Shown: piece after piece, positions 35,729 through 47,689 of the stretch
How positions within the stretch are numbered: position 1 is the first letter of the stretch
Layout: every line of letters starts with the position of its first letter
Source: Macrostomum lignano
Taxonomy: Eukaryota
Direction of reading: 5' to 3'
Length of the DNA stretch: 64,000 nt
NCBI GenBank assembly: GCA_002269645.1
Contig: NIVC01000292.1
Span: 124,001 to 188,000, forward strand
The notes under the pieces: generated by a model
What the model was told of the DNA's origin: nothing
The model's input: the letters and a program-made list of their open reading frames with translations, nothing else
The model's database searches: none
Made by a program: the position numbers and the translations under genes

Positions 35729-38700
35729 ATGTCCATGCCGTGGATTGGCCTCGACGGCGCTGACTCCGGCCGGCCTGTTGCTGTCGCCCTCTACAACTAT
35801 TGCCCCCAGGAGCAGCAGCAGCAGCACCTCCGGCTTGTGGTTGGCGACAAGCTCGCCCTGGTCAGCCAGTACACCAACTGGTACTACGGCCACCTGTGGA
35901 GCGATTCCTCTAAGAAAGGAGTTTTCCCCAAGAGCCACGTTCGTCTCCTTGAGGCCGCCGAGCCGCACCAGCGCCGTTTCCAGAGTCCGGCGGCAGCGGG
36001 CGTCATCTCAGAGATCCAGCGGACCCTCCCCAACTGGCTGAACTGCATCAGCCGCCAATTTGAGGACCTCCGCCGGCCGCTGCCGGACCTCGGCCAGGCC
36101 GCTGAGCTGTTCCGCGAGTTGCGCGAGATGGCGCAGCACCTGGAGTCTGTGCGCCTCACCGCGGCCGAGGCCACCCAGCAGGCGGCCGTGGCCACCAGGA
36201 AGCTGGACTCCGGCAACCAGGCCTACGGATTCGACACCGTCATGCGCAACTCGCGCTTCGAAGAGGTCGCCAATCCATTCGAATTCTCCTTTGTCGGCGC
36301 CTTTAAACACATGGACGAGACGGCCAAGACCGTAATGATCACCCCGGCTCCCGACGCCCGCCTCACCGTCGGCGACCTCGGCTTCCAGGCCACCCCGGTC
36401 CGCTTCGAGTCCGCCTGCCCGGAGACCCTGGAGATCACCCTCACCCTGCGCGCCTCCTACAACCGCACCCTGAAGCCCTCCGCCTGGGAGCCCGTCGCCT
36501 TTGTCTCGGAGGCCGCCGCCCGCTCCTCCGGTTGTCGAACATCCGCATCGGCGCTGTTCGGCGAGGTGCTCCGTCTGGATGGCAGCGACTTCGTGCTGGT
36601 GGCCCAGGTGGGTCGCTTGGCGCTTAATTGAAGTTTTTGTACCGCGTTTGTGGCCCCAGCATCCAGAGCCCAACATCCACAGCATCATAGAGTCCCCAGC
36701 ATCACAGAGCCCAAAATTCACAGCATCACAGAGCCCCAGCATCACAGAGTCCCCAGCATCACAGAGTCCCCAGCATCACAGAGCCCCCTGCATCACAGAG
36801 TCCCCAGCATCACAGAGTCCCAGCATCACAGAGCCCCCTGCATCACAGAGTCCCCTGCATCACAGAGTCCCCTGCATCACTGAGCCCCTTGCATCACAGA
36901 GTCCCCTGCATCACAGAGTCCCCTGCATCACAGAGTCCCCTGCATCACTGAGCCCCTTGCATCACAGAGTCCCCTGCATCACTGAGCCCCTTGCATCACA
37001 GAGTCCCCTGCATCACTGAGCCCCTTGCATCACAGAGTCCCCTGCATCACAGAGTCCCCTGCATCACAGAGTCCCCAGTATCACAAAGCACTCCAAAAGT
37101 TTTTCTAAACCACCCGGTAGATTTGCCGCCACGGCAAGCTGGACCCGCCGAAGATTACACGGCCCCTCATCGGTGGCATCATAGGCAGCGGACGCGGCGG
37201 CGGCAGTGGGCACGCCGGCGGTCCAGCGGGCAGCGGCTTATTTCGCAGGCCTTTCGCCGTGGCCACATTCGACCTGAGCCAGGTGCCGGACAGCACCGGG
37301 GAGCCGGTGACGCTCACCTCCAACCTGGTGCCCATCACCGACACTAAGGACGAGCGGCTGACGCTCGATGAACTGACGGCAAAGCGGAGCGACGAGCGGA
37401 ACGGCTGTCTGGCGCTGCGCGTTCAGCGGGTGGCCTTTCGAGCCGCCACCGCTGCTGCAGCCGTGTCCGCTGACTCGGCCGATGCGCCGCCAAGCCTGGT
37501 GGTTGCCAGGCGGCTCGAACTCGGCTCCGGGCCGCGGGTGGCCGAGCAGCGCAGGAATTTGGCCTACCTGCGACTTGCCACCGCCGAACTCGAGCGGTCC
37601 AGCAACAAGCACTCGGAGCCCAATGTGGAGGTGAGCCGGGTTCGCTACTGCTTGATATGGGACTGTTTGCGGTAGGCACAGCGGTAGCCTCACTCAGCAG
37701 ATTCCCTATTGCGGTAGGCACAGCGGTAGCCTCACTCAGCAGATTCCCTATTGCGGTAGGCACAGCGGTAGCCTCACTCAGCAGATTCCCTATTGCGGTA
37801 GGCACAGCGGTAGCCTCACTCAGCAGATTCCCTATTGCGGTAGGCACAGCGGTAGCCTCACTCAGCAGATTCCCTATTGCGGTAGGCACAGCGGTAGCCT
37901 CACTCAGCAGTTTCCCTATTGCGGTAGGCACAGCGGTAGCCTCACTCAGCAGATTCCCTATTGCGGTAGGCACAGCGGTAGCCTCACTCAGCAGATTCCC
38001 TATTGCGGTAGGCACAGCGGTAGCCTCACTCAGCAGATTCCCTATTGCGGTAGGCACAGCGGTAGCCTCACTCAGCAGATTCCCTATTGCGGTAGGCACA
38101 GCGGTAGCCTCACTCAGCAGTTTCCCTATTGCGGTAGGCACAGCGGTAGCCTCACTCAGCAGTTTCCCTATTGCGGTAGGCACAGCGGTAGCCTCACTCA
38201 GCAGTTTCCCTATTGCGGTAGGCACAGCGGTAGCCTCACTCAGCAGATTCCCTATTGCGGTAGGCACAGCGGTAGCCTCACTCAGCAGATTCCCTATTGC
38301 GGTAGGCACAGCGGTAGCCTCACTCAGCAGATTCCCTATTGCGGTAGGCACAGCGGTAGCCTCACTCAGCAGATTCCCTATTGCGGTAGGCACAGCGGTA
38401 GCCTCACTCAGCAGTTTCCCTATTGCGGTAGGCACAGCGGTAGCCTCACTCAGCAGTTTCCCTATTGCGGTAGGCACAGCGGTAGCCTCACTCAGCAGAT
38501 TCCCTATTGCGGTAGCCACAGCGGTAGCCTCACTCAGCAGATTCCCTATTGCGGTAGGCACAGCGGTAGCCTCACTCAGCAGTTTCCCTATTGCGGTAGG
38601 CACAGCGGTAGCCTCACTCAGCAGTTTCCCTATTGCGGTAGGCACAGCGGTAGCCTCACTCAGCAGTTTCCCTATTGCGGTAGGCACAGCGGTAGTCCCC

Positions 38701-41700
38701 GCATTTTCCCTACTACAGCTGGCCGTCCAGGTGTGCGACAAAGCCGGTAAGCCGGTCTCCGGAGTCCTTGGCAACCACCGGCTGTCCCTGCACGGCGACC
38801 AGCGCCAGCTGCGCTCTCAGCAGAGCGGGGACGAGTACCGCAGCGTCATCTTCTACCACAACGGCCACCCGCGCTGGGACGAGCTCATCCGCCTGCACCT
38901 GGACTCCATCATGGACAACCTGGCCAGCCATCACGTCCGCTTCGAGATTCGGCACCGATCGTCCAAGGCGCGCGGAGACGAGCGGCCGATCGGGTACTCG
39001 GTGCTGTTCCTGCACAACACCTTCCACCAGGAGATGCTCAACGCCACGCCCTGTCTGCAGAAGGACGGCGAGTACAAGCTGACCGTGTTTGAGAAGGCGC
39101 CACTAATGACGGACAGGGATCTCACTAGACGGTATGACCCAGTGCCTCATCTACTCATTGTCACATCTATTTAGAGCCTCATCTACCCAGTGTCTCATCT
39201 ACCCAGTGTCTCATCTACCCAGTGCCTCATCTACTCATTGTCACATCTATTTAGAGCCTCATCTACCCAGTGCCTCATCTACCCAGTGCCTCATCTACCC
39301 AGTGCCTCATCTACTCATTGTCACATCTATTTAGAGCCTCATCTACCCAGTGCCTCATCTACCCAGTGCCTCATGTACCCAGTACCTCATCTAGCTCACC
39401 TGCCTCATCCTCAACCCCAGCTACCTGTTGTCGCCGACTCCCGATGACCCGAAGGCCCGGCGCAACAGCCTGACGGTGAGCCTGGGCCAGTGCAGCACGG
39501 AGCTCAGCACCAACTGGCGGGTCAGCTCGCTGCTGCACCTCCGACTGGAAGCTGTGCAGAGGGAGCACCTGCATTTCTCTCAGGATGACCAGCGGGACGC
39601 CGCCGCGTTCTTCCCCCGCCTCCTCCGCTGCGTGCTCGGCCTCCTCCCCGACCCTCGGCTGGAGGCGTCCGCCTTCGGCACCCTGCTGTGCCTGCTGGCG
39701 CCCTACTCCACCGCCGCCGCCGGCGAGGAGCTGGAGGCCGTCCTGGCCGACCTGAAGCCGGACGATCTGCCGCCGGACGTGCACGAGCCCGTGCTGCGCC
39801 ACCTGGCCGAGGGGCTCAAGGCCGACTTCAGAGCCAAGGAGTCCGCATCAGGGGCCAGCAACAGCAGCCTGGCAGCGAGGACCCGTCGCATCGGCTGTAC
39901 CAGGCGACGAGGTCGCTGCTTCGCATCGCCGTGCACTCGCTGCGACTGCGGCCTGAGCGACTGCAGCAGCCCGAGTACACGCAGAGACTGTTCGAGCCGC
40001 TGTTCACCCTGCTGCAGACTCACCGGATTCAGGTGAGATCTTTAACACGCATAGCTTTATTAGTTTCTTATTAAATCATGCCGAATAGACAGCTGCTCCT
40101 GCCTTGGAAATGTTTGAAAGAATCGCCCTCAAACTGCTAAGAATCGCCTTCAGACTGCTAAGAATCACTGCTAAATACTCACCCCGCAGGTGAACGACGC
40201 GGCCCAGTACCGCTTAGTCAGCTCGTTCTTCGACGACTTTTTAGAGTCGTTCCTGCAGGTGCTGGAGCCGCTCTGGCTTGGCGACCAGCTTCTGCGCCTC
40301 ATCAACAGCGTGCTGGAGCGGGAGGACCGGCTGCCGCACAGCCTGTTCAAGTTTGACCGCATCGTGGCCAAGGAGGCCTTCTGGAACTCCAAACTCCGGC
40401 CGCAGCTGGTTGACGGCGTCGTGAAATTCGTCTGCGACTTCATCCGCACCGAGGAGCGCAAGCCGGCCGACAGCAAGCACCGCGGCAATCTCAGCATGTA
40501 CGAGGTGGTGCTCCGGCCGTTCAACGAGCTGCTGGCCATCCTGAGCCGACTGGACGAGGCCTCTGTGGCCCGGGAGGTTCAGCTGGTCTGCTGCGAGAAG
40601 CGGTTCCTGCGCACCCTGGTGCAGACTTGCGCCTCCATCGCCTTCGAGATGCCGCTGATGAACTTCCAGGTTGGTGCTGCTGTTGGTGCTGCTGTTGATG
40701 CTGAGGAAAGTCTCCAGATTTTTTCTAGGGAAAGTCTCCGTTTTTCTAGGAAAGTCTCAGGATTTCTAGGGAAAGTCTCAGGATTTCTAGGGAAAGTCTC
40801 CGGATTTCTAGGAAAGTCTCAGGATTTCTAGGGAAAGTCTCCGTTTTTCTAGGAAAGTCTCAGGATTTCTAGGGAAAGTCTCAGGATTTCTAGGAAAGTC
40901 GCAAGATTTCTAGGGAAAGTCTTCAACTTTCTAGGAAAGTTTCCATATTTCTAGGAAAGTCTCCGGATTTCTAGGAAAGTCTCCAAATTTCTAGGAAAGT
41001 CTTTCCAGGAAAGTCTCCAGAGCCCCCTATTTGCCCCGCCGCAGGTGAAAGCCAACACTGAGCCGAAGTTCATCCGCCTATTCATGGTGTCCATCGTGTC
41101 CTGCCTGGAGCTGCTGAACCGGTCGCCGGACCTGTGGCAGCTGTGGATCGACTCCGCCATCTTTGCCGGCTCGCACTTCTACCTGCCCAACGACAGCAGC
41201 CCGACCGTGAACGCCGATGACCTGGTGGCCAAGTGCGAGCTGGCCGACCAGACCAACGAGCTGCTGCAGCTGCTCACTGGCGTCTTCATCAACATTGAGG
41301 ACCGCTGGATGAAGTGGCACGACCTCAAACTGCTGGAGTCCAGAATCATTCTGCGCAGCCTTACCGTGATACAGGAGCAGCTGCTATATCTCTTCGCCAA
41401 GCCTCTGCAGCTCAACGTGGTGGAGAGTTTTCTCTACTGCGTGTTCGCCTTTCTGCGGCAGCCGCACCTCATCTACGAAACCTTCCCCACCGACAAGAAG
41501 GAGCACCACGTCAGGCTGATGGAAGGCTGCGACCCCCGTCTGGCCGCCTTCGAGCTGGTGAAGCGGGCTTGGAGCAGTCTGGCTCCCGCTGACCAGCTGA
41601 AACTGGCCATGCCTCTGATCACCTTGCTGCTGCAGGTGAGCGCCTGGCCTGCGTTTGTGGTCACGGGTGCATGGAGAACTTTCTGCCGCCCCACCAGACC

Positions 41701-44700
41701 TTCAGCTGCTTGGCTGCCCTCCCAGATCCCCAGTTGCTGGGCCAGCCTCCCAGATCCTCAGTTGCTGGGCAAGCCTCCCAGATCCTCAGTTGCTGGGCCA
41801 GCCTCCCAGATCCCCAGTTGCTGGGCCAGCCTCCCAGATCCTCAGTTGCTGGGCCAGCCTCCCAGATCCTCAGTTGCTGGGCCAGCCTTCCAGATCCTCA
41901 GTTGCTGGGCCAGCCTCCCAGATCCTCAGTTGCTGGGCCAGCCTTCTAGATCCTCAGTTGCTGGGCCAGCCTCCCAGATCCTCAGTTACTGGGCCAGCCT
42001 CCCAGATCCTAGCTCAGACAAGCAGGTGTCACAGCGGCTGCCCTCCCATTCGTTTCGCAGGTGTCGCTGCAACGGCAGGAGCAGCTGAGGTGCGAGTGCG
42101 CCTTCATGCTGGTGGAGCTGCTTCGCTGCGAGTTCAGCCAGGAGAAGAGCATCTTCTCAGTCAGCAAGGAGATAACGTTCGTCATGGACAAGCTGGTGGA
42201 GGAGTTCGGCAGCAAAGAGTACGTGGAGAACTTTAGCCAGTACTTCAGCGATGCCCTGGCCAAGGAGGGCAAGTTCATCCAGAACGGCTTTATGTTCCAA
42301 AGCGAGATGCGGCGCCAGATGGACCTGCTGCTGGAGTACAAGACCCTCATCGCAGACGAGCTGCCAGAGAACCGCATGTTCGCCATCTACAATCTGTACA
42401 AATTCTACAAGGAGATAAACAAGGAGGAGATGTGCAATCGCTACCTGTACAAGCTGTGCCAGCTGCACGAGTCGGCCGGCAACTGGGCGGAGGCCGGCTG
42501 CGTGCTGCTGCTGCAGGCCAAGTACCTGGAGTGGGCCGACTCGCCGCTGAGCATCAGCAAGGGCGCGCTGCAGAAGAAATATCAGATCTGCAGGAGCCAG
42601 GGAGAGCTGAAGGTGCGCTGGGGTTTGGGGTGCAGTGGCGCCAGTAGGATCTGAGGCAAAAGCAAATCGTGTGCGATCGCCCTCAAGCACCCCGACAATC
42701 GCCCTCAAGCACCCCGAGAATCGCCTTCAAACATCCGACAATCGCCCTCAAAGTCCCGACAATCGCCCTCAAGCACCCGAGACTCGCCTCAAGCACCCCG
42801 AGACTCGCCCTCAAGCACCCGAAAATCGCCCTCAAGCACCCGAAAATCGCCCTCAAGCACCCCGAGACTCGCCTCAAGCACCCCGAGACTCGCCCTCAAG
42901 CACCCGAAAATCGCCCTCAAGCACCCGGAGAATCGCCTTCAAACATCCGACAATCGCCCTCAAAGTCCCGACAATCGCCCTCAAACACCCGACAATCGCC
43001 CTCAAAGTCCCGACAATCGCCCTCAAAGATCCGACAATCGCCCTCAAACACCCGACAATCGCCCTCAAAGTCCCGACAATCGCCCTCAAAGATCCAACAA
43101 TCGCCCTCAAAGATCCAACAATCGCCCTCAAAGTCCCGACAATGGCCCTCAAAGATCCGACAATCGCCCTCAAAATATCCGACAATCGCCCTTAAACACC
43201 CGACAATCGCCCTCAAAGTCACTGAAACCTCCTGTCAACAGGGCACGCTGATCTGGGACGCCATCGGCTACTTCGAGAAGGGCAATCTATTCCACAAGGC
43301 CAAACAGCAGGCCGAGGTGCTATGGCACTACTACAAGGACATCCTGGTGGACTTTGCCAAGGAGCGCGAGGCCCTGGACCGCATGGCCGCCCTGTGCCAG
43401 TCCATCACGAACGTGGAGCAGGTGCACGCATTCAACTCCTACTACCTGGTGGAGTTCAAAGGCCCGGACTTTCCCAATTTCCTGCGCGACAGGAAGTTCA
43501 TCTACTGCGGCATCGACAGCAAGAAGCTGGCCGACGTGATCGAGACCTTCGAGACGCTGTTCCCCTACGCCAAGATCCCGCAGAACAAGCAGGACAGGGA
43601 GAACTACTCAAACCTTATCGAGATCATCGCGGTGACCGCCGTGCCGCGGCCGCCGCCCAACGTCGGCGACACGCAGTACGACGTGTTGCAGTACTACGAG
43701 AACAACGAGGTGCAGCATTTCATCCAGCGCAAAATGCAGGTGCGCACCGAGAAAGTCACCGAGAAGGTGTGCACCATCGACACCTTCGAGTCCATGGAGC
43801 CGTTCCCCAGCGTGCTCCGCCTGCTGCCCGCCAGTCACGTCAAGTCCGCCACCGAGACGCCACTGCAGAGCGCCGTTCGCGACAATGAGACCATGAATAA
43901 GAAGCTGAAGTACTCCATCTACCAGCTGGTGACTGGCCGCATCAAGAGCAGCCAGGGCCTCGTGGGCCTCGTCAGCGGCATCGTCTGCGCCACTGTGGGC
44001 GGCGGAATTGACAACTTTATGGAGTTCTTCCAGGTGCTCGACGATATCCAGGTTGGTAGCTGAAGTTTTGCCGGGAGATGCTATGAGTTGAACTCGCCTC
44101 CCGATATGTATCGATTCTTGTTTATGCACAGAACTGCCGATATGTATCGATTCTTGTTTATCCACACAGAGCTGCCGATATGTATCGATTCTCGTTTATG
44201 CACAGACCTCCCGATATGTATGAGTCTCGTTTATGCACAGAACTGCCGATATGTATCGATTCTTGTTTATGCACAGAACTGCCGATATGTATCGATTCTT
44301 GTTTATGCACAGAACTGCCTATATGTATCGATTCTCGATTATGTACAGAGCTGCCGATATGTATCGATTCTCGTTTATCCACACAGAGCTGCCGATATGT
44401 ATCATTCTCGATTATGCACAGACCTCCCGATATGTATGAGTCTCGTTTATGCACAGAACTGCCGATATGTATCGATTCTTGTTTATGCACAGAACTGCCT
44501 ATATGTATCGATTCTCGATTATGTACAGAGCTGCCGACATGTGTCGATTCTCGTTTATCCACACAGAGCTGCCGATATGTATCATTCTCGATTATGCACA
44601 GAACACCTGCCGATATGTATCGATTCTCGATCATGCACAGAACACCTGCCGATATGTATCGATTTAACATTAAAAAACGGTTCCCCTGCTTAAAACCCGC

Positions 44701-45309
44701 CACCAGACCGGCTTGGACACCACGGACGGAGCGGAGGCGGACACCGGCCGGCTGGCCCAGGCGCTGGCCGAGCAGCTCAGCCTGTGCGCGCGCGCCCTGG
44801 ACCTGTGCAAAGAGCACGGCACGGACGTGCAGGCGTACGCTGGCCTGCTGCTAGAGAAGCTGGAGATGGTGCAGGGCTGCACCGGCATGGTGCTGCAGGC
44901 CGAGATTCGACAGCTGGCGGAGAAGCTCGCCAAGCCAAAGGGCGCCGGCGCTGGCGGAGCTGCCGCAGGCGTCGGCGGCGGCGGCGGTCTTCAGCAGCGC
45001 CTGCAGCGGCTGGACCCGTCAGCCATCGGGAGCACAATGCCGCGAAAGCCGCGACCTCCAACTGGCGCCCTAGGCGCCGGCGGCATTCAGCGCCGCCCGT
45101 CCGACCCACGCTGCTCCGTGTCCAGCAGCTCCAGCGGAGCCCGCGGCTTTGGCGACGAGGTCCCGCCAGCGGTGCCGCCGAAGCGCAAGTCGGAGACTCC
45201 GGCAGCCCTGCTGAGCTCGTCGCCTCCGCCTCCGTCGCTGGCGAACCTGCCGATCACTCCGCCCGCTGTGCCGCCCCGCAGCAGCCGGCAGCACGCGGAG
45301 GAGGTCTAA
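35729..45309 (+). CDS. DOCK1/2/5-type (DOCK-A/B) Rac GEF: SH3, C2/DHR-1, DHR-2, proline-rich tail. Exons 35729-36607, 37121-37630, 38719-39131, 39421-40032, 40190-40669, 41045-41635, 42061-42612, 43242-44051, 44707-45309 (about 1816 aa, one frameshift at about 39851)
   Basis: N-terminal SH3 (VALYNY...LRLVVGD...WYYG...GVFPKSHV), FRRPFAVA, DHR-1 YRSVIFYHNGHPRWDE, DHR-2 (RYLYKLCQLH...NWAEAG, AIGYFEKG, FPNFLRDRKFIY, GIVCATVGGG) and C-terminal PPAVPPKRK/PPAVPPR. All introns are GT-AG and phases are consistent if one base is restored. Confidence 0.88.
36655..37085. repeat. 17-nt minisatellite (CATCACAGAGTCCCCTG) in DOCK intron 1 (duplicate about 31022-31455)
   Basis: Tandem units. Confidence 0.93.
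37648..38693. repeat. 42-nt minisatellite (GCGGTAGGCACAGCGGTAGCCTCACTCAGCAGATTCCCTATT) in DOCK intron 2 (duplicate about 32038-33062)
   Basis: About 25 near-perfect units. Confidence 0.96.
39138..39385. repeat. CCTCATCTACCCAGTG-based minisatellite in DOCK intron 3
   Basis: Tandem degenerate units. Confidence 0.88.
40700..41020. repeat. About 20-21-nt minisatellite (AGGAAAGTCTCAGGATTTCT) in DOCK intron 5
   Basis: Tandem units. Confidence 0.9.
41700..42010. repeat. 28-nt minisatellite (CCTCCCAGATCCTCAGTTGCTGGGCCAG) in DOCK intron 6
   Basis: Tandem units. Confidence 0.92.
42675..43220. repeat. 21-nt minisatellite (CGACAATCGCCCTCAAAGTCC) in DOCK intron 7
   Basis: Tandem units. Confidence 0.92.
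44095..44662. repeat. About 36-nt minisatellite (CTGCCGATATGTATCGATTCTTGTTTATGCACAGAA) in DOCK intron 8
   Basis: Tandem degenerate units. Confidence 0.92.
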
Positions 45310-45312
45310 ACG

Positions 45313-45790
45313 GAGTGACAAGTCTGTATAGAGTGACAGTTCTGTAGTGATATTTACAGTGGTATACCTGTTACAACTTCGTTAGAGTGATAATTTTATA
45401 GAGTGGCAATTTTATAGAGTGAGAATTCTGAAGAGTGACATTTTTAGAGTGAAAATTCTATTGAGTGACAATTTAATAGAGTGACAATTCCATAGAGTGA
45501 CAATTCTGTAGTGACAATTTAATAGAGTGACAATTCCATAGAGTGACAATTTTATAGTGACAATTCCATAGAGTGACAATTTTATAGTGACAATTCCATA
45601 GAGTGACAATTTTATAGAGTGACAATTCCATAGAGTGACAATTTTATAGTGACAATTCCATAGAGTGACAATTTTATAGAGTGACAATTCCATAGAGTGA
45701 CAATTCTGTAGTGACAATTTAATAGAGTGACAATTCCATAGAGTGACAATTTTATAGTGACAATTCCATAGAGTGGAATTTCTAAGTGAC
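45313..45790. repeat. 14-16-nt GTGACAATTCCATAGA repeat immediately 3' of the DOCK stop
   Basis: Tandem degenerate units start a few nt after the TAA. Confidence 0.9.
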
Positions 45791-46180
45791 ATTACCAAGG
45801 ATTGACAGCGGGCGATCATTCTGTATAGTTGCACAGTCTTAGTTAAACATTGAGTGACAACAGCCCGGAGTGACGCATGCACAGAGTGACAAATTCAATT
45901 TATATTCAGCATGCCGGCTTCAGCTTGGCAACGCAACGCCCTTGCCACTCAAGTCACTCCTGCGCCCGTCTGTATTGTATTTTTATTAAAATTGTCTCCG
46001 GTTGTTTTGACTTCCCATTTTATTATGATTTCCAATGCGCGTTTTTGTCCAACTGCATGGCGGGCCTTCCTGTTCATCCTCAATGTTCCCGCCTGTCACT
46101 GGCTGTCCCGCCTGTCATTTACATGTGTCTTTGTTATGGCTGCTCAGTCTTTATCCCAGATAGGTTATTATGCAGATTGT

Positions 46181-47120
46181 GGGCTTGCCCGGATCTCTGA
46201 GTGAGGGCTTGCCCGGATCTCTGAGTGAGGGCTTGCCCGGATCTCTGAGTGAGGGCTTGCCCGGATCTCTGAGTGAGGGCTTGCCCGGATCTCTGAGTGA
46301 GGGCTTGCCCGGATCTCTGAGTGAGGGCTTGCCCGGATCTCTGAGTGAGGGCTTGCCCGGATCTCTGAGTGAGGGCTTGCCCGGATCTCTGAGTGAGGGC
46401 TTGCCCGGATCTCAGAGTGAGGGCTTGCCCGGATCTCTGAGTGAGGGCTTGCCCGGATCTCTGAGTGAGGGCTTGCCCGGATCTCAGAGTGAGGGCTTGC
46501 CCGGATCTCTGAGTGAGGGCTTGCCCGGATCTCTGAGTGAGGGCTTGCCCGGATCTCTGAGTGAGGGCTTGCCCGGATCTCTGAGTGAGGGCTTGCCCGG
46601 ATCTCTGAGTGAGGGCTTGCCCGGATCTCTGAGTGAGGGCTTGCCCGGATCTCTGAGTGAGGGCTTGCCCGGATCTCTGAGTGAGGGCTTGCCCGGATCT
46701 CTGAGTGAGGGCTTGCCCGGATCTCTGAGTGAGGGCTTGCCCAGATCTCTGAGTGAGGGCTTGCCCGGATCTCAGAGTGAGGGCTTGCCCGGATCTCTGA
46801 GTGAGGGCTTGCCCGGATCTCTGAGTGAGGGCTTGCCCGGATCTCTGAGTGAGGGCTTGCCCGGATCTCTGAGTGAGGGCTTGCCCGGATCTCTGAGTGA
46901 GGGCTTGCCCAGATCTCTGAGTGAGGGCTTGCCCGGATCTCTGAGTGAGGGCTTGCCCGGATCTCTGAGTGAGGGCTTGCCCGGATCTCTGAGTGAGGGC
47001 TTGCCCGGATCTCTGAGTGAGGGCTTGCCCGGATCTCTGAGTGAGGGCTTGCCCGGATCTCTGAGTGAGGGCTTGCCCGGATCTCTGAGTGAGGGCTTGC
47101 CCGGATCTCTGAGTGAGGGC
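46181..47120. repeat. 24-nt satellite (GGGCTTGCCCGGATCTCTGAGTGA), about 39 copies
   Basis: Highly homogeneous array. Confidence 0.98.
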
Positions 47121-47689
47121 GGACAATCCATTGTTTAAGTTTTCTGTTTTGCTCTCTGCTCCCGATTCAAACATTCGAGTCTTCCCATTTGCGAGCCGCC
47201 AGAGTTGCGTGGAACTGGCGGCTGCACACGCACTATGCTAGGCGTACTGGCGCATGCTAGGAATGTTTGTTTACCTGCCAATAAGAATTACTTTTCATTA
47301 CTGATGAGATTCCACTATTTTGTATTTATACTCGATATATTTATATTCAATAATATATTTGCTAGATATCTTATGGATTCCCTATTGCTGCCGACGTGCT
47401 TGCAGACTGCATGCCTCACTTTGTTCATTCACTTTTATTAGTCTGTGCTAACTTTACTGTTTACATTGCCTGCTTAACCTGTTTATAACACAGACCCAAT
47501 TTTATACACTGCTGCTCTACAATAAAATATTGGAAACGCTTGGCGCATTGCTTCTGAGCTGCGCTGCTCTGGGCAGAAGTTTTGCATTTTGAGTTTTGAG
47601 TTTTATTTGCTGCCTGGGGTGATAATTGGTGAGGATCGGTATTTCAGAAGCGGAACCCACCAGATAAAAATCCAATATACTAAAACTCC

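Noticed and set aside
37344-39174. 476/505-aa ATAVPTAIG / GTAVASLS ORFs resembling mucins or ice-binding repeats
   Set aside because: They come from a 42-nt minisatellite in DOCK intron 2 that is open on both strands by chance. The same applies to the 24-nt array ORFs at 46134-47174.
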